A stretch of DNA of 64,000 bases. It comes from a virus. The translations under genes were made by a program, and so were the position numbers. The stretch's first letter is position 1. Every line of letters starts with the position of its first letter. This document shows, piece by piece, positions 63,976 through 64,000 of the stretch. The DNA lies in the IMG/VR virus record IMGVR_UViG_3300043788_000049, positions 23,272-87,271 of that record. One strand, 5' to 3'. Below the pieces are notes generated by a model that saw only the letters and a program-made list of their open reading frames with translations, did not search any database and was not told the origin of the DNA.

Positions 63976-64000
63976 GAGACCATTATCCTCGCCGGCCGCC

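Larger units (their letters stand above)
1..64000. mobile_element. Tailed dsDNA bacteriophage genome segment (podovirus-like, probable alphaproteobacterial host)
   Basis: TerS, RecE/RecT, endolysin/holin, tailspike, internal virion proteins, DarB-like protein and dense small overlapping ORFs; no host housekeeping genes. Confidence 0.93.

Noticed and set aside
1-64000. Integrase/att sites, DGR reverse transcriptase, terminase large subunit, capsid, tRNA genes
   Set aside because: No supporting motifs seen in this window; lifestyle and prophage status cannot be determined

Overview
The window is about 64 kb of a GC-rich tailed dsDNA phage genome, probably podovirus-like (it has large internal/ejection proteins and no tape measure) and probably infecting an alphaproteobacterium (GapR-like gene, RecE/RecT, LexA-like repressor). 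No bacterial housekeeping genes, integrase, tRNA or CRISPR array were recognised; the large terminase, portal and capsid genes must lie outside the window. From left to right: (1) 0.2-7.6 kb, small minus-strand ORFs; (2) terminase small subunit beside a sharp G/C strand-skew switch (candidate pac region); (3) 9.4-17.9 kb, an accessory island with a MoxR-like AAA+ ATPase, HAD phosphatase, HExxH-peptidase/vWA gene and TylF O-methyltransferase, flanked by two families of small, mostly unrelated proteins, one sharing a C-terminal helix tag (PNLFDxxxELR) and one an N-terminal tag (HAxxVxAILxxVxEY); (4) DNA methyltransferases, HNH nucleases, RecT/RecE, repressor, VRR-NUC and a replication gene with iterons; (5) a membrane/lysis region (holin, lipoprotein, GH73 endolysin, papain-like protease); (6) a virion region (internal proteins, a Pro-rich repeat protein, pectate-lyase-like tailspike, GT-like protein); (7) a >2990-aa DarB-like polyvalent protein (ParB-like, RelA/SpoT, N6-MTase, SNF2 helicase, zincin) with two apparently real small genes overprinted on the linkers flanking its RelA/SpoT domain. 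The best novelty candidates are the two peptide-tag families around the AAA+/vWA module and the nested genes around the RelA/SpoT domain. All family assignments come from motif recognition by eye; no searches were run.
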